Source of the DNA: Eledone cirrhosa
Lineage: Eukaryota
DNA length: 64,000 bases
Direction of reading: 5' to 3'
Assembly (NCBI GenBank): GCA_964016885.1
Contig: OZ024743.1
Location: 376,340,001 to 376,404,000 of the forward strand
Position numbers and translations under genes: made by a program. Shown here piece after piece: positions 1 through 13,432 of this stretch (within the stretch, counting starts at the first letter, position 1; the number at the start of each line of letters is the position of its first letter). The notes under the pieces are model-generated. The model saw only the letters and a program-made list of their open reading frames with translations. It was not told where the DNA came from and did no database searches.

Positions 1-157
1 TCTGTAATTTAATACAGCCAACACGGCGCATAATGGGAAAATAGTTTGAAAGGAAGTTGCCCGTGAAATGGGAATAGAAATTGAATAAAACAAGTTTCGC
101 GTAAATCAGAGCACGGGTTCCCGAGATACGGGGTTTTTCCGAGTACATTCATAAATG

Positions 158-244
<87 letters not shown>

Positions 245-284
245 GTATAAACACATAAACACACATAAACACACATAAACACAC

Positions 285-327
<43 letters not shown>

Positions 328-365
328 AATATATGGGCCTTCCAATTTCATTTTACATTATATAC
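1..365 (-). mobile_element. Possible 5' part of a non-autonomous, microsatellite-containing Helitron-like element
   Basis: 'aaatcagagcacgggttcccgagat' followed by a (CA)n tract resembles the reverse-complemented 5' region of microsatellite-bearing Helitron-N elements; recognised by pattern only. Confidence 0.3.
160..320. repeat. (CA)n microsatellite
   Basis: Direct reading. Confidence 0.97.
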
Positions 366-413
366 ATATCTGTATATATTTTAATAATTTAAAAATTATT
401 TTTAAGTGAACGT

Positions 414-429
414 GACCCAACGGGTCTAG
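414..429 (+). mobile_element. Helitron-type 3' terminus (hairpin plus CTAG)
   Basis: gaccc-aac-gggtc hairpin overlapping CTAG, followed by T. Confidence 0.45.
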
Positions 430-854
430 TATATCTATATCAATATATACATATTAAGCACGTTTCTTGGATTAGAATTAGGTTAGCTTAGCTATTGTTG
501 TGTGTGTGTTTTGTGTGAGTGTGTGTGTGTTTGTGTTTGTGAAAAGTTGCTGTTGCAATTTGTAATGTTGCCAAAATTTGAAGCAGGTTGTTCGGTGTAT
601 CATCTTCACAAGCACTGCATGTCATAAGACATCGAGCAGATATAACAAATACCCCACGACTTATCGGTAAAAAAGTTACTATTTTAAAGATACATGTAAA
701 ACATATTATACGTATCGATCATTGATATTCAGTCATCGGTGATTTATGTAGAAGACCATGACACTGGGACCGTGATTGATTGAGTTTTTATGTGTCTGCA
801 GACCGTTGATGAAATCGATTCAGCCACGGAAATAACGGATATATAATGTAATAC

Positions 855-894
<40 letters not shown>

Positions 895-989
895 TTTATG
901 TTGCGTCGATTACCAACGGTAAGATCCGGTATCATGCTGGTTTGTAAACCATGGTGTAATAAATAATTTAATATATTGATATATGTATG

Positions 990-1039
<50 letters not shown>

Positions 1040-1092
1040 GGTTTATAATAATTAACTGCCTTTGGTCTTCTTTTCAATGTTATATATATATA

Positions 1093-1535
1093 ACATTGCT
1101 GTAGTGGAGTCTGTGCTGCTGTATGGGTCTGAGACTTGGACACTGACCAAGAAACTCACTCAGATGGTGGATGGGTGCTACACGAGAATGCTGAGGATGG
1201 CTCTGAACATTAATCAGTATACACTGTGGATGAAAAACTCAGAGCTGTATGGGAGCATCCCAAAAGTCAGCTCAAAAGTGACACAGAGGAGACTGAGGTT
1301 AGCTGGACATGCTCACCGACATCCAGAGTTGACATTGCACTCAGTGCTCCTTTGGGAGCCCCTACATGGACACACTAGAAGAGGAAGACCAAGGTTAACC
1401 TATGTTGATGCCCTAAGGACAGACACTGGTCTGTTGGAGACGCAGGACATGGCAGCGATAATGAGGGACAGAGACCGCTGGAGAGCACTCGTCCAAGGAT
1501 CTCGGGAATTTTACCCGCCTTAAAAAAAAAAAAAA
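1093..1535 (+). mobile_element. 5'-truncated RTE-clade LINE, ORF2 C-terminal fragment with A-tail
   Basis: ESVLLYGSETWTLT..DGCYTRMLR..RRLRLAGH..RRGRPRLTY..DRDRWR is typical of the RTE post-RT region; A-run at 1522-1535; (TA)n on both sides. Confidence 0.88.
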
Positions 1536-1552
1536 TATATATATATATATAT

Positions 1553-2193
1553 AAAGATTTAGCGAGAATCGCATTTCGGAAGGCAGGAAAAGCGAAACGC
1601 AAAAATCAGAAATGATACTGGCAAAGTGCTCAATAGTTAAAAACTAGAGCTAAACAATGTGTTAAGAAGCCATACAAAACTGAAAAGGTGGTCAAGAAGG
1701 CATTAACCACCCACGCCCAAAACCAAATCAAGCTAAAGAGATCAAAACAAAATAAATGATAAAAAATAAATGATAACCAGACCTGGACTCCCGGAATTGC
1801 TGTTAAAATCCGATGTAGAGTTTCTGTGACACATAAATCAAAATACAGTCTGCTTAAAAATATAAGCTTTGTGTATAATGATCGAACAAGGAATATCACG
1901 TTATCAACAAGTATTTCGCTCTGTACCAAATAAGTGAATGACACGGTGGTAAGTTAAACCACGTGTGGAAATCACAAGGGGAATAACCCCAGATTTTGGC
2001 AAAGTAATTCAGTAGGTGTAAATCATGCAAAAAATAGCATAAATAGTACAAATCGAATAAGTTCTCAACCGAGTGGTTTTAAAATAAACTTATACAATTA
2101 ACCTGTCAATAGAAATTATTAACAAGTTAATTGTAAGACACGGGGGATTAATACAAATAAAGATTCAGCGAGAATCGCATTTCGGCGGGCAGG

Positions 2194-2195
<2 letters not shown>
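1553..2195. repeat. ~640-bp segment bounded by a ~40-bp direct repeat (aaagattyagcgagaatcgcatttcgg..gcagg); third copy near 62360
   Basis: Motif at about 1554-1590, 2158-2193 and 62361-62390, each next to TA or A tracts. Confidence 0.75.
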
Positions 2196-2259
<64 letters not shown>

Positions 2260-2794
2260 CACATAAACAATAGAAATAGCAACGTGGAAAAGACATGTAT
2301 TAAGGAATCAAAACCCAACGTTGTCTTTAATTTATTAAAAATAGCAGCCAAATGAACTCAAAATTACACAAAAATAAGAAGTTGGATAATGTAGTTGTTA
2401 GTTGTTAGGAAGAAGGACATGATGACACCGATTGGAATGCTTTAATGAGAATTCTGTTCAATCAGGTTCACCTGGAGCTAAACAATAGCAAGAACAAATA
2501 TGACGACAACAACAACAAACTTGGGAGGGTCGGTGAGTAGAATTTCGGATAGTTACATTCTAGGCCTGGGCAATCCAACGATTTTAACAGGGTTAAAATA
2601 TATTTACTGCAGACCTAACTTTATATCTTTCAACTGGCAAGAAAGAAAATGAATATGTAGTGTGGTAAATAAATATATACATATATACACCAGTTTCGAA
2701 AACAATGGAACCGAACTCTCATTGTCACTGCCTCCGTCTCTCTCGCTCGCCCCACCTCTCACTATTATAAGCAAATGGGAGCCCACGTGCAGGC

Positions 2795-2940
2795 CCCCAC
2801 CCCCGTGTCCCCGGCGAACATAATAGAGAAGGCGTTTCCCCGGATGATGGCGAGGGAGACGCGTTGGAAGATCCATTTCAGCTTGCGAGGCTTACACCGG
2901 CGGGTAGCCTACTCCGTGCCGATGGTGAGTAGGAAGTGGT
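2795..2940 (-). mobile_element. CRE-like (RLE-type) non-LTR retrotransposon C-terminal fragment
   Basis: Manual minus-strand translation FLLTIGTE*ATRRCKPRKLKWIFQRVSLAIIRGNAFSIM matches the 'FQRxSxAxxRGNA' terminus of CRE-clade elements; not in the ORF track. Confidence 0.62.
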
Positions 2941-3255
2941 TCCAGGGTCAAGGACACAACATGTCTCCACTAGGAAGGATTATGATAAATCTGAAAAGTG
3001 AAGAAGCCATGGGAGGTAACTATGGCCAGAGTGAACGGAAGTCCTTCCAAAATGAGTGTTACTTAAACTTTGAACCCAAGGCTAAACTAACACGAGCATC
3101 TAGTGAAATGGAAAGAAAGTATAAAAGATTTACACCCCAACGGAAGGAAAATAATTTCCTTACTTAATACCTTATTCATTCTAGTGACGTTGCTGCAAAA
3201 CTTTTCTGACTGTTAATATTTGATAATAGATTTAATCTTGTTTTTAGCCATATAA

Positions 3256-3287
<32 letters not shown>

Positions 3288-3338
3288 GTGCGTGTGTGTG
3301 TGCATGTATATGTAAATGTACACGTATATATATATATA

Positions 3339-3409
<71 letters not shown>

Positions 3410-3626
3410 CATATATATATATATGTATGTGTGTGTGTATATAATGTATCACTGTTCTAACTTATAAGTATTTCAGTATTCTGCAGCCAACTTTCTTTTA
3501 GACCAGTAATATTTTCTGCTTTTATCTTCATCATTTAGCAGTCAACATTCCTACATAGTTACTAGATATTCTATAAAAAGAGGAGAAAGATATATATACA
3601 TTTATATACATATATACATACATACT

Positions 3627-3680
<54 letters not shown>

Positions 3681-3682
3681 CG

Positions 3683-3720
<38 letters not shown>

Positions 3721-3722
3721 CG

Positions 3723-3753
<31 letters not shown>

Positions 3754-4224
3754 GCAGAGAGAGAGAGAGAGAGGATACAGAGAGGGGGATGAATGTGTAA
3801 GAAAAAATAAAATAAACATTAAAATTAAAACAAAAAACACACAAAAACATTAACACACACACACACCACCCACACACACATCCAAACCCACATACAAACC
3901 CACAAACACCCACACCCACAGACACCCACACCCACACCCCACACACATATACGAAAAATAAAAGAAAGAAACAGACAAAATAAGAAAAATGTAATTAATG
4001 TATTTTCTTCCAACTTATCATTAAAACATCTTCAAATAAAGCAATACGTTTTTGATATAGCTGTCCGCTAATCTCAGACAGATAGCCGACTAGAAGATCT
4101 TGCAGGCCAGCTTTTGCAGCAGCCCAGCTCGGCTTATCAACAAGGTATTGTTGTCACTCTTACTCTATGTTCCATACATTACAAGGAAGAAAAATGTGAA
4201 AATTAGGCAAAGAGAAAGTCACAT

Positions 4225-4403
4225 GTATGTATGATATATATATATATGTAGGTGTGTGTGTATGTATGTATGTATGTATGTATGTATGTATGTATGTATG
4301 TATGTATGTATGTATGTATGTATGTATGTATGTATGTATGTATGTATCTATGTTTGAATGTATGTATGTTCTTCTGGTTTTATAATTTCACAATTTTTTG
4401 CCA

Positions 4404-4439
<36 letters not shown>

Positions 4440-5404
4440 GGTTTCTAACATAGACACAAGACTCTCTCATTGGAATTTACACAACATCAACTAGGTAGAT
4501 ATGTATGCATGTCTGCATGCATGCATGTGTGTGCAGGTATGGATGTTATTGTATGTGTGTATGTGTATGTTTTTAGTTGTATGTGTGCATGTATGTATGT
4601 ATGTATGGATGTATGGATGTATGTATGTATGTATGTATGTATGTATGTATGGATGGATGGATGTATGTATGTATGTATGTATGGATGGATGTATGTATGT
4701 ATGGATGTATGTATGTATGTATGGATGTATGGATGTATGTATGTATGTATGGATGTATGTATGTATGGATGTATGTATGTATGTATGGATGTATGTATGT
4801 ATGTATGTATGTATGTATGTATGGATGGATGTATGTATGTATGTATGTATGTATGTATGTATGTATGTATGTATGTATGTATGGATGGATGTATGTATGT
4901 ATGGATGTATGTATGTATGTATGGATGTATGTATGTATGTATGTATGTATGGATGGATGTATGTATGTATGGATGTATGTATGTATGTATGTATGTATGG
5001 ATGGATGTATGTATGGATGGATGTATGTATGTATGGATGTATGTATGTATGTATGTATGTATGGATGTATGTATGTATGTATGTATGTATGTATGTATGT
5101 ATGTATGTATGTATGTATGTATGTATGTATGTATGGATGTATGTATGGATGTATGTATGTATGTATGTATGTATGTATGTATGGATGTATGTATGTATGG
5201 ATGTATGGATGTATGGATGTATGTATGTATGGATGTATGTATGTATGTATGTATGTATGTATGTATGTATGTATGTATGTATGTATCGATGGATGTATGT
5301 ATGTATGTATGTATGTATGTATGTATGTATGTATGTATGTATGTATGTATGGATGTATGGATGTATGTATGTATGTATGTATGTATGTATGTATGTATGT
5401 ATGG

Positions 5405-5437
<33 letters not shown>

Positions 5438-5570
5438 TGTATGTATGTATGTATGTATGTATGTATGTATGTATGTATGTAGGTGTGTGTGTATGTATGT
5501 ATGTATGTATGTATGCATGTATGTATGTATGTATGTATGGATGGATGGATGTAGGTATGTATGGATGGAT
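4225..5570. repeat. Compound (TATG/GATG)n microsatellite with a short (GA)n tract
   Basis: Direct reading; source of the long MYVC/HTYI ORFs. Confidence 0.97.
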
Positions 5571-5579
5571 AGAGATAGG

Positions 5580-6181
5580 TATTGATAGATATAGAGAGGA
5601 GGAGAGTTTGGTAGTAATGGATAGAGTGATAGGGAATGAGAGAGAAAGTGATGTATGCTAGATCTAGCGAAGGAGATAGCTTGGTGGTATTTGATATTCA
5701 GAGGGAGATTGGGAGAGAGTTCCGTGTTATAGATATACAGAGGGGGAGAGTTTGGTATCAATTGATATAGAGAGGGGGTTTGGAAGAGAGTTCCGTCAAG
5801 TAAATATAGAGAGAGGGAGAGTTTGGTGTTAATTGATATAGAGAGGGGTATTGGAAGAGAGTTCTGTGTAGTAGATATAGACAGGGGGAGAATTTGGTGG
5901 TTGTAGATGTACAAAGAGGGATAATGGGAGAGTGCCATGTAGTAGATACAGAGAGGGTGAGAGTTTAGAGGTGATTGATATACAGAGGGGGATTGGGAGA
6001 GATAAGTGTAGATATTTATATTGAGTGAGAGAGTGTATTAGTTTTAGATATAGAGAGTGGGATAAGAGAGGCGGTGTCGTGGTAGATATAGAGAAGGGTA
6101 GCGTTTGGTTTTAGTAGATACAGAGAGTGGATTAAAAGAGAATATTGTGTGATAGACATAGAGAGGAGGAGAGCTTGGTGT
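5580..6181. repeat. Degenerate ~71-bp purine-rich minisatellite, about 9 copies
   Basis: Anchor YTTGGT (or a close variant) at 5607, 5680, 5751, 5822, 5893, 5964, 6104 and 6174. Confidence 0.85.
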
Positions 6182-6464
6182 CACTCTTAGGTCCCAAATA
6201 ATAGGAGCGGTGGCAATAATGGGGTGGGGGATTTCTTGTAATGTTCTTCTTTTGTCATATATATTGTTTTTTTTATGTAAAATAAAATAATTATTAGATT
6301 CTCCAGCTGTTGTATCAATATGAATCACTTACAATAAAATTTCGCCGGAGATAGATTTGCAAAGTTTAATAAGCAAGTGTGGAATAAAAACCTTGGGTGG
6401 GGGTGGAAAAAATCTGACAAATTAATAAGCAGGGGTGGGGACGATTATTCAAGACATGAGAGTA
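6182..6464. mobile_element. Non-autonomous DNA transposon (MITE) with ~21-bp imperfect TIRs
   Basis: Left cactcttaggtcccaaataat versus reverse complement of right end tactctcatgtcttgaataat. Confidence 0.6.
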
Positions 6465-6647
6465 CGTGAATTATTGACGGACGTAAGAAGGAAAACTCAA
6501 TACCGAACTAGAGTTTAAATATTCATTCATTATGGCTAAGCCGTGTTGCTCTGGAGTCTCACCTGCGTACTCACCAGACAAGACTGGTGATCCTGTGAGT
6601 TCGCAGGTGAAACTTTAGAGTAACAAAGCTCACCAATAGCCATATGA

Positions 6648-6709
<62 letters not shown>

Positions 6710-6761
6710 ACGAGTAGGACCCCGACGGCTGAGCACAAGCCGTTTCGACGGCTAATTCTGT

Positions 6762-6823
<62 letters not shown>

Positions 6824-7077
6824 TCATATGGCTATTGGTGAGTTTTGTTACTCTAAAGTTTCACCTGCGAACTCACAGGATCATCAGTCTTGTCTGGTGA
6901 GTACGCAGGTGAGACTCCAGAGCAACACGGCTTAGCCATAATGAATGAATATTTAAACTCTAGTTCGGTATTGAGTTTTCCTTCTTACGTCCGTCAATAA
7001 TTCACGTACTCTCATGTCTTGAATAATCGTCCCCACCCCTGCTTATTAATTTGTCAGATTTTTTCCACCCCCACCCA
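6394..7077. repeat. Long near-perfect inverted repeat (arms 6394-6650 and 6821-7077) around (TA)n-spacer-(TA)n
   Basis: 257-bp arms are reverse complements with only a few mismatches. Confidence 0.95.
6849..6887 (-). ncRNA. Hammerhead ribozyme core (type I-like, stem I truncated); mirror copy on + at 6584-6622
   Basis: CTGATGA-tcctgtgagttcgcaggt-GAAA-ctttaga-GTA; the + copy has CTGGTGA. Confidence 0.6.
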
Positions 7078-7080
7078 TCG

Positions 7081-7159
7081 TATTATCCACTCTACTACCC
7101 TAAGTATTGAGTACTTTGGTGCGTTATGGTCCATCTGGTTCCTTACCACATTTCCTCCG

Positions 7160-7213
<54 letters not shown>

Positions 7214-7360
7214 ACATATAACGAATGTAGTTGTTGTAAGGAACCAGATGGACCATAACGCACCAGAGTACTCAATACTTAGGGTAGTAGAGTGGGTAAT
7301 AGGAAAATATATGACCCCGACGGCAGAGCTCAACCCGTTTCGAAGGCTATTTCTGCACAG
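7081..7360. mobile_element. Two tail-to-tail fragments of a short TA-associated family (F1); other copies at 6706-6763, 51576-51683 and 62552-62690
   Basis: Shared ggaaccagatggaccataacgcacc..ctcaatacttagggtagtagagtgg and gaccccgacggctgagctc..ccgtttcgacggcta blocks. Confidence 0.8.
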
Positions 7361-9649
7361 TGTGTGTGTGAAGCCCACAAGATAAGTATATTGTTGTGTT
7401 GTTCCAGTTTAGTTAATACCTCTTCTATCTTTTTAAGGCTACTTTTATTTCTACCTCGATGATTTGAGGCACCAGAAGACGATATATTGTACATATAACT
7501 GTTTCAACCCAACACTGTAACCACAAAGCCTCGCACCTTCACACACACAAATCATATATATATGGGTGTGGTGGAGTGGGGTGGGGGGATCTGTGTACTT
7601 ACATGCGCATATGGAAGTAAACGCACAATCGTGATGATGATGAGTTTAATTATGCATATATTTATATATATATACAAATATATTTACACACACACATATG
7701 CACATTTACATATATATATATGCACACACAAACACACACACATACACACACATATATATATATATACATATATATATATATTCACTTATATATTCATATA
7801 CATTAATACACACATGTATATGAAACATTCATATGCACACATTATATTTAATATGTTAAAGTACATATATATGTGTGTATTTTTATGTATATATATTACG
7901 TATTGACTATGTAGTAAATTGTAAGTAAATTTGTGTTAAAATAATGAAATACCATTCTTTAGGTAAATAATTTTAGCATGAATAAACATGAAACCATGGT
8001 GCTAATATATGGTAATATCAGTTTGAGTAGGAATCAAACGGCATTATAAGATAGAATTTATAATTAAGTATATTATATCTATAATAAAGTATATTTGAAT
8101 AAATTCAAAGAAACTCAGAGACTGTGATGTTGTTGTAAAACTTAACACCATAAAATTACTGTTCTGTATTTAAAAGTTAAACTGTAATTGCTATTCTTTA
8201 TTTGCTGCCCAAATAAAGAATTGGTGATATCAATTAGATCTTCTTTTGATAGATTTTCATTATTCAACGGAATATATTTCAAATCTTTCCTTGCTTGTTT
8301 TTTCATTAATATTATAATTAAAGAAAAAAATCAAACAAACAAAAAAACAAACGAAGAAACAAGCAACAAAATCTGCCATGTTTTAATGGCGAATAATTTT
8401 ATTTATTTATTTATTAGACTCGTGTCAATGTTATTTTACTAAAGATATATCTTTATCACGACGAGTTATTTTTGTTGAGATTTGAAAAAAAAAATTTTTT
8501 TTTCGAGTTTAGTTTATAGATGTTAGCGTATTGATTAAACATATTTACAATATCAGTTTGGTTTCTGTTGATTTTTCCCAACAGATAACGTGCCATATTT
8601 ATTATGAGTAGTAGAAGCATAACCTAAACACGAGCAGATATAGAAGCTCGGATATGACGTCATTCTTGCCAGATGTTTACAGGCTTGGACATACTAAAGG
8701 GGAGGAGGAACTCTCGTTGTTTGCCAGCGGAAACGCTTCTAATGCTTCATGCACAGATAGCCTTTCTACTCACTGCTCTAAAAACTGAATATCGTATTCA
8801 TCTTCAAATATTGGACAGCATACTTCTCTTTGAAAATTTTATTTATTTTTTTCTTATTTATTTTTTTTTGTCTTTTTTTTTTCAGAATAATATTTAAATT
8901 GAAAACACGACAGCCATAAATGCAGTTATGAATTTCTATCAAATGGTTCTGGAAGCTATGTAAATGAATGTTAATCTGAAAATTTCGCATAAATAGGAAA
9001 CACAAACACTATATAAAGAAATACAGTTATAGTTTGAATCCTAATGTGTTATTAGGCTAAAAACAAGTAAACATTAAACTTGATGTATTGCCCTTAAACT
9101 CACCGTTCCGTTTTGCAACGATTTATCTGTACAGAGATTCTCTTATCTCGCAGATATTAATGAAACAAACATTTTTATCTGTAGTATAATATAAAAACAC
9201 AGCAAATTTTTAATTTAGTTCTTCTCTTTCCATACTGCTTACATACGACATATAGACTTGCTAGCATACATCCACTTACTGGAGCGTACAAGAATGACTT
9301 TCTCTGAAGATTTACAATCAGTTATACGATATCATAGTTTTATCAGAAACTATCAAAGACATTAAAATAAAAAAGTACAAACAAACAAACACATAAACAT
9401 CAATAAAACAATAAAATAACGCACTAATAGCAAAACAACAAAACCTTCTAATAATTATTATAAATAAAGAGAAAGAGAGAGTGTGTGAGAGAGTTATGAG
9501 AGGTTGATATGTAAGTTGTGAATCACAAGTAAAACGTGGCTTATTGATATGTTGTTTTTTTTCTCTCCAACAAATGAATGGTTTAGTTTCATGAAAAGTC
9601 CACACTTCATTTTTTTACCTTTTGTTTCATTATTTTATTCCGTATTTCG

Positions 9650-9808
9650 TTCTTTCTTTTTTTGTCGTCCTTCCTTTCTATCTTTCTTTCTTTTCATTCA
9701 TTCTTTTCTTTCTTTCCTTTTTTCTTTTTTTCTTTTTATTTTAATTCTTTCGTTCTTTCTTTTTTCTTTTTTTCTTTCTATCTATCTTTATCTTCTTTCT
9801 TTTTTCTT

Positions 9809-9863
<55 letters not shown>

Positions 9864-9881
9864 AGCTTTCTTTTCTGTTTT

Positions 9882-9948
<67 letters not shown>

Positions 9949-9986
9949 ACCTACCTACCTACCTACCTTCCTCCCTCCCTCCTTAC

Positions 9987-10058
<72 letters not shown>

Positions 10059-10125
10059 ATCTATTTTTCTTTCTTTCTATCTATCTTTCTATCTTTTTTT
10101 CTTTCTTTCTACCTCCTTCTCTCCT
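9650..10125. repeat. (TTTC)n/(TACC)n/(TATC)n compound microsatellite
   Basis: Direct reading. Confidence 0.95.
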
Positions 10126-10329
10126 TTATATTCATGAAAGGTACGAAAGGAATAAAATTAAAATCCATCTTCCATCTTTTTACAAAAAACAAAAGGCTTT
10201 AAAATATCATAATGCATTGCAAGTAATTTTTATGTGATTTTTCTTTTGAGACAAAAAAACGTCTAATTGCTTTTTAAATAGTAGGGTGGTGGTGGAGGTG
10301 GGGAGGAGCAGGAGGGTAGATTTATAAAT

Positions 10330-10494
10330 ATAATAATAATAATGATAATAATGATAATAATGACGACGATGCTGATGATAATGATATTAAGAATAATGAT
10401 AATAATGACGACGATGTTGATGAAAATAATATTAAGAATAATAATGATGATGATAATGACGATGATGATGGTGAAGATAATGATGATAATGATA

Positions 10495-10545
<51 letters not shown>

Positions 10546-10590
10546 GTGATGATAACGATGATGGTGATAATAATGATAATAATAATAAAT
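10330..10590. repeat. (ATG/ATA)n trinucleotide microsatellite
   Basis: Direct reading. Confidence 0.95.
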
Positions 10591-10796
10591 GTAATATAGA
10601 ATATGTTTTGCATTTGCATATACAAAGAAGGAATTTTTAAATACGGCACGCTTGGATCATTGTCTCTTTATTCGGCAATAAAGAGGAAAAAGCAAGGCTG
10701 CAATCTATATGAATGCAACATCGCGGTATTTAAGATTTGAATCTATGTTAACGCAAATAAATGGACGTTTATGTAAAGTGCGGCTCAGCTCCACTA

Positions 10797-11305
10797 CATA
10801 CACACATACACACAAACACACACACATACATACACATATACACACATACACGCACACACAGACATAAACAAACACACACACACATACACATACACACATA
10901 CACACAAACACACACACACATATACATACACATATATACACACACATGCATACACACACACACACACACATATAAAGAAACACACACACAAATACACACG
11001 CACACATACCCACATACACACAAACACACAAACACATATACATACAGATATATACACACACATACATACACGCACATACGCACACACACACATATAAACA
11101 AACACACAAAAATACACACACATACATACACACATACACACAGACACACAAACACACATACATACACATATACACACACACATACACACACACACACACA
11201 TACACATATATACACACATATACACGCACTCAAACAAACAAACACACACATATACACACATTACATGCACACACAAACACACATATATATAAACATATAT
11301 ACATA
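10797..11305. repeat. Degenerate (CA/TA)n microsatellite
   Basis: Direct reading. Confidence 0.95.
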
Positions 11306-11666
11306 TCGAAACGATATATGGTATAATTTACACTTCGTTATATATGAATATAGATGTTTTATATATATATATATATGCACACACAACTAAAACATTTTTA
11401 TGTTATATACATCACTATACATGGTATATGTTATAGAGATATATTCCATTATACTCGTTATGATACATAGTTATACACCCATCACAGTCCACGTTATTTG
11501 TGTATATATAATTATGCATTGCTACAAAATGGTCTACGTTTATAGTTATGCATTACTATATACACAAATAAACGGTATATTATATAGTTATGCATGAGAG
11601 AGTTTATATATATATATATATATATACATATGCACGCGAATATACACATACCGTGTATACACGCAC

Positions 11667-11819
<153 letters not shown>

Positions 11820-11958
11820 GACCGATGTCAATGTGGCTATATAGATAGGAGGTTCGGTTTGCAACAAAATTGAGCAAATGTTAGTTATAGAGTCGGGTGT
11901 TGGCCAATAACTGGTGAATAAGCTGAAGCTTATCGTATATATATATATATATATATAT

Positions 11959-13369
11959 ACATACTATAAAGCTGACGGCCGGATGTAGGTAACAAACTTT
12001 CCGCCAAACGGATGGACCAAACAGCACCAAATTTGGACAATAGATGTAACTTTTTCCAAGTAAAAAAGTGAGGGTACTTTTGTCTACTGAATTTTGTTAA
12101 AAGATTAAAGACATTATTTAAATATTCACTTCTTTAAAATTTCAAATGTCAGCACTTCCGGTTATACGTCATTCCCCACTTTTTCTTATGACGTCGCACA
12201 ACATGCACCTCTTTTTCTTAGTCTGTCTTTTTAGATAGATACATAGCTATAACGTAGCGCCCTTATAATATGTCTCTGTATGTCTGGCTGTCTGCATTAG
12301 ATAACGTTTTTCGAAATATTTACTTCTGCGTTCACAGACGGATATTTTTAGTTTCAGAAGATCCCGTTCAGGGTGAAAGCAGCGATTCTTTGTTTAAACT
12401 TTAATCTGTTATTTTAATATATATATTCGTGTACAGATATTTTTGCATACACAAAAACAAAAACCTATTTATTTCACGAAAGCACAGACGGCTTATCGTC
12501 ATTGTTACTGTTCGAGGTTAGAGGACCACAGTCTTTCCATGATTTTAGAACCATCAATGGCCATCAATATACCACTTACCGTTTGGCTTGCCAGATGCGT
12601 GGTATGTTACACGATAACAGCCATTGGCACCTCACCCTGCAAGAAGCAGCAACTGCTAAAGTCCCTTCTCAGCTGCGAAAACCTTTTGCTATTATGCTGC
12701 ACAACTGTGATCTCGCCGACCCTCTCGCACTGTGGCACAACCACCGCGAAAGTCTAGCTGAGGATATCCTCCACCGCACACGCAGACACAATCCGAACGT
12801 AACATACGATGTCGTTTTCAATGAGGCGCTCATTTATCTTGCAAACAGTGTCCTGGAGATTGGTGGTAAGCCTCTAAGTCACTACAGTTTACCTGCTCCT
12901 GACAGGAGTGTCCAGAGGTCAACGTCTACAGAGCTTCTCTGCGAGACGAGCTATGAGATCAGTGATTCTTCCATGGTCAATTGTATGTAGGATGCTCTAG
13001 GGTGAGCTCGCCAAACAATCTCTTCATCTTTGCTCCGGAGGGCCGAACAAAATATATTGTATACTTTGAGGCTCTATCAATGTAATTTAAATATTTTCTG
13101 TTACTTGGAATTTCCATTATGGTTGTACAGATTATTGTTTGTTAAAAAATTTGTTCTCTGTTCAGCCTTTATTGTTGTAACTATCAATTTTCTTAACGTA
13201 CTGGCTGCTGAACTGGGGAATCCTAAAAACTATTCAAATCCAACATCAGAGCACGTTAACCCCCCACCCCCCTCTCGCTGACTTGAGAGGGTGTGCGGTA
13301 TCTTTGTACTAGAGTGTAGGGGGGATTCCTGAAAAGATAAAATGCTGGTATACCTAGCCGGGCCAGCTA

Positions 13370-13370
<1 letters not shown>
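11959..13370 (+). mobile_element. Internally deleted Helitron inserted in (TA)n
   Basis: 5' 'atactataaagctga' start, 3' 'ccgggccagCTAG|t' end at 13367-13370, internal RepHel fragment, TA tracts on both sides. Confidence 0.82.
12480..12990 (+). pseudogene. Helitron RepHel fragment (region between Rep and PIF1-like helicase)
   Basis: LLFEVRGPQSFHDFRTING..YRLAC..GMLHDNSHW..TLQEAA..PSQLRKPFAIML..DPLALW matches the conserved Helitron inter-domain sequence. Confidence 0.88.

Positions 13371-13429
<59 letters not shown>

Positions 13430-13432
<3 letters not shown>

Noticed and set aside
4470-5938. Long 300-480 aa ORFs (MYVC/HTYI)
   Set aside because: Stop-free (TATG)n microsatellite; the same applies to the YI, CV and SFFL ORFs elsewhere
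8560-8790. Possible exon after acceptor-like tttttcccaacag (8584)
   Set aside because: All three frames hit a stop within about 30 nt and I recognise no product; it could be a terminal exon but is unsupported
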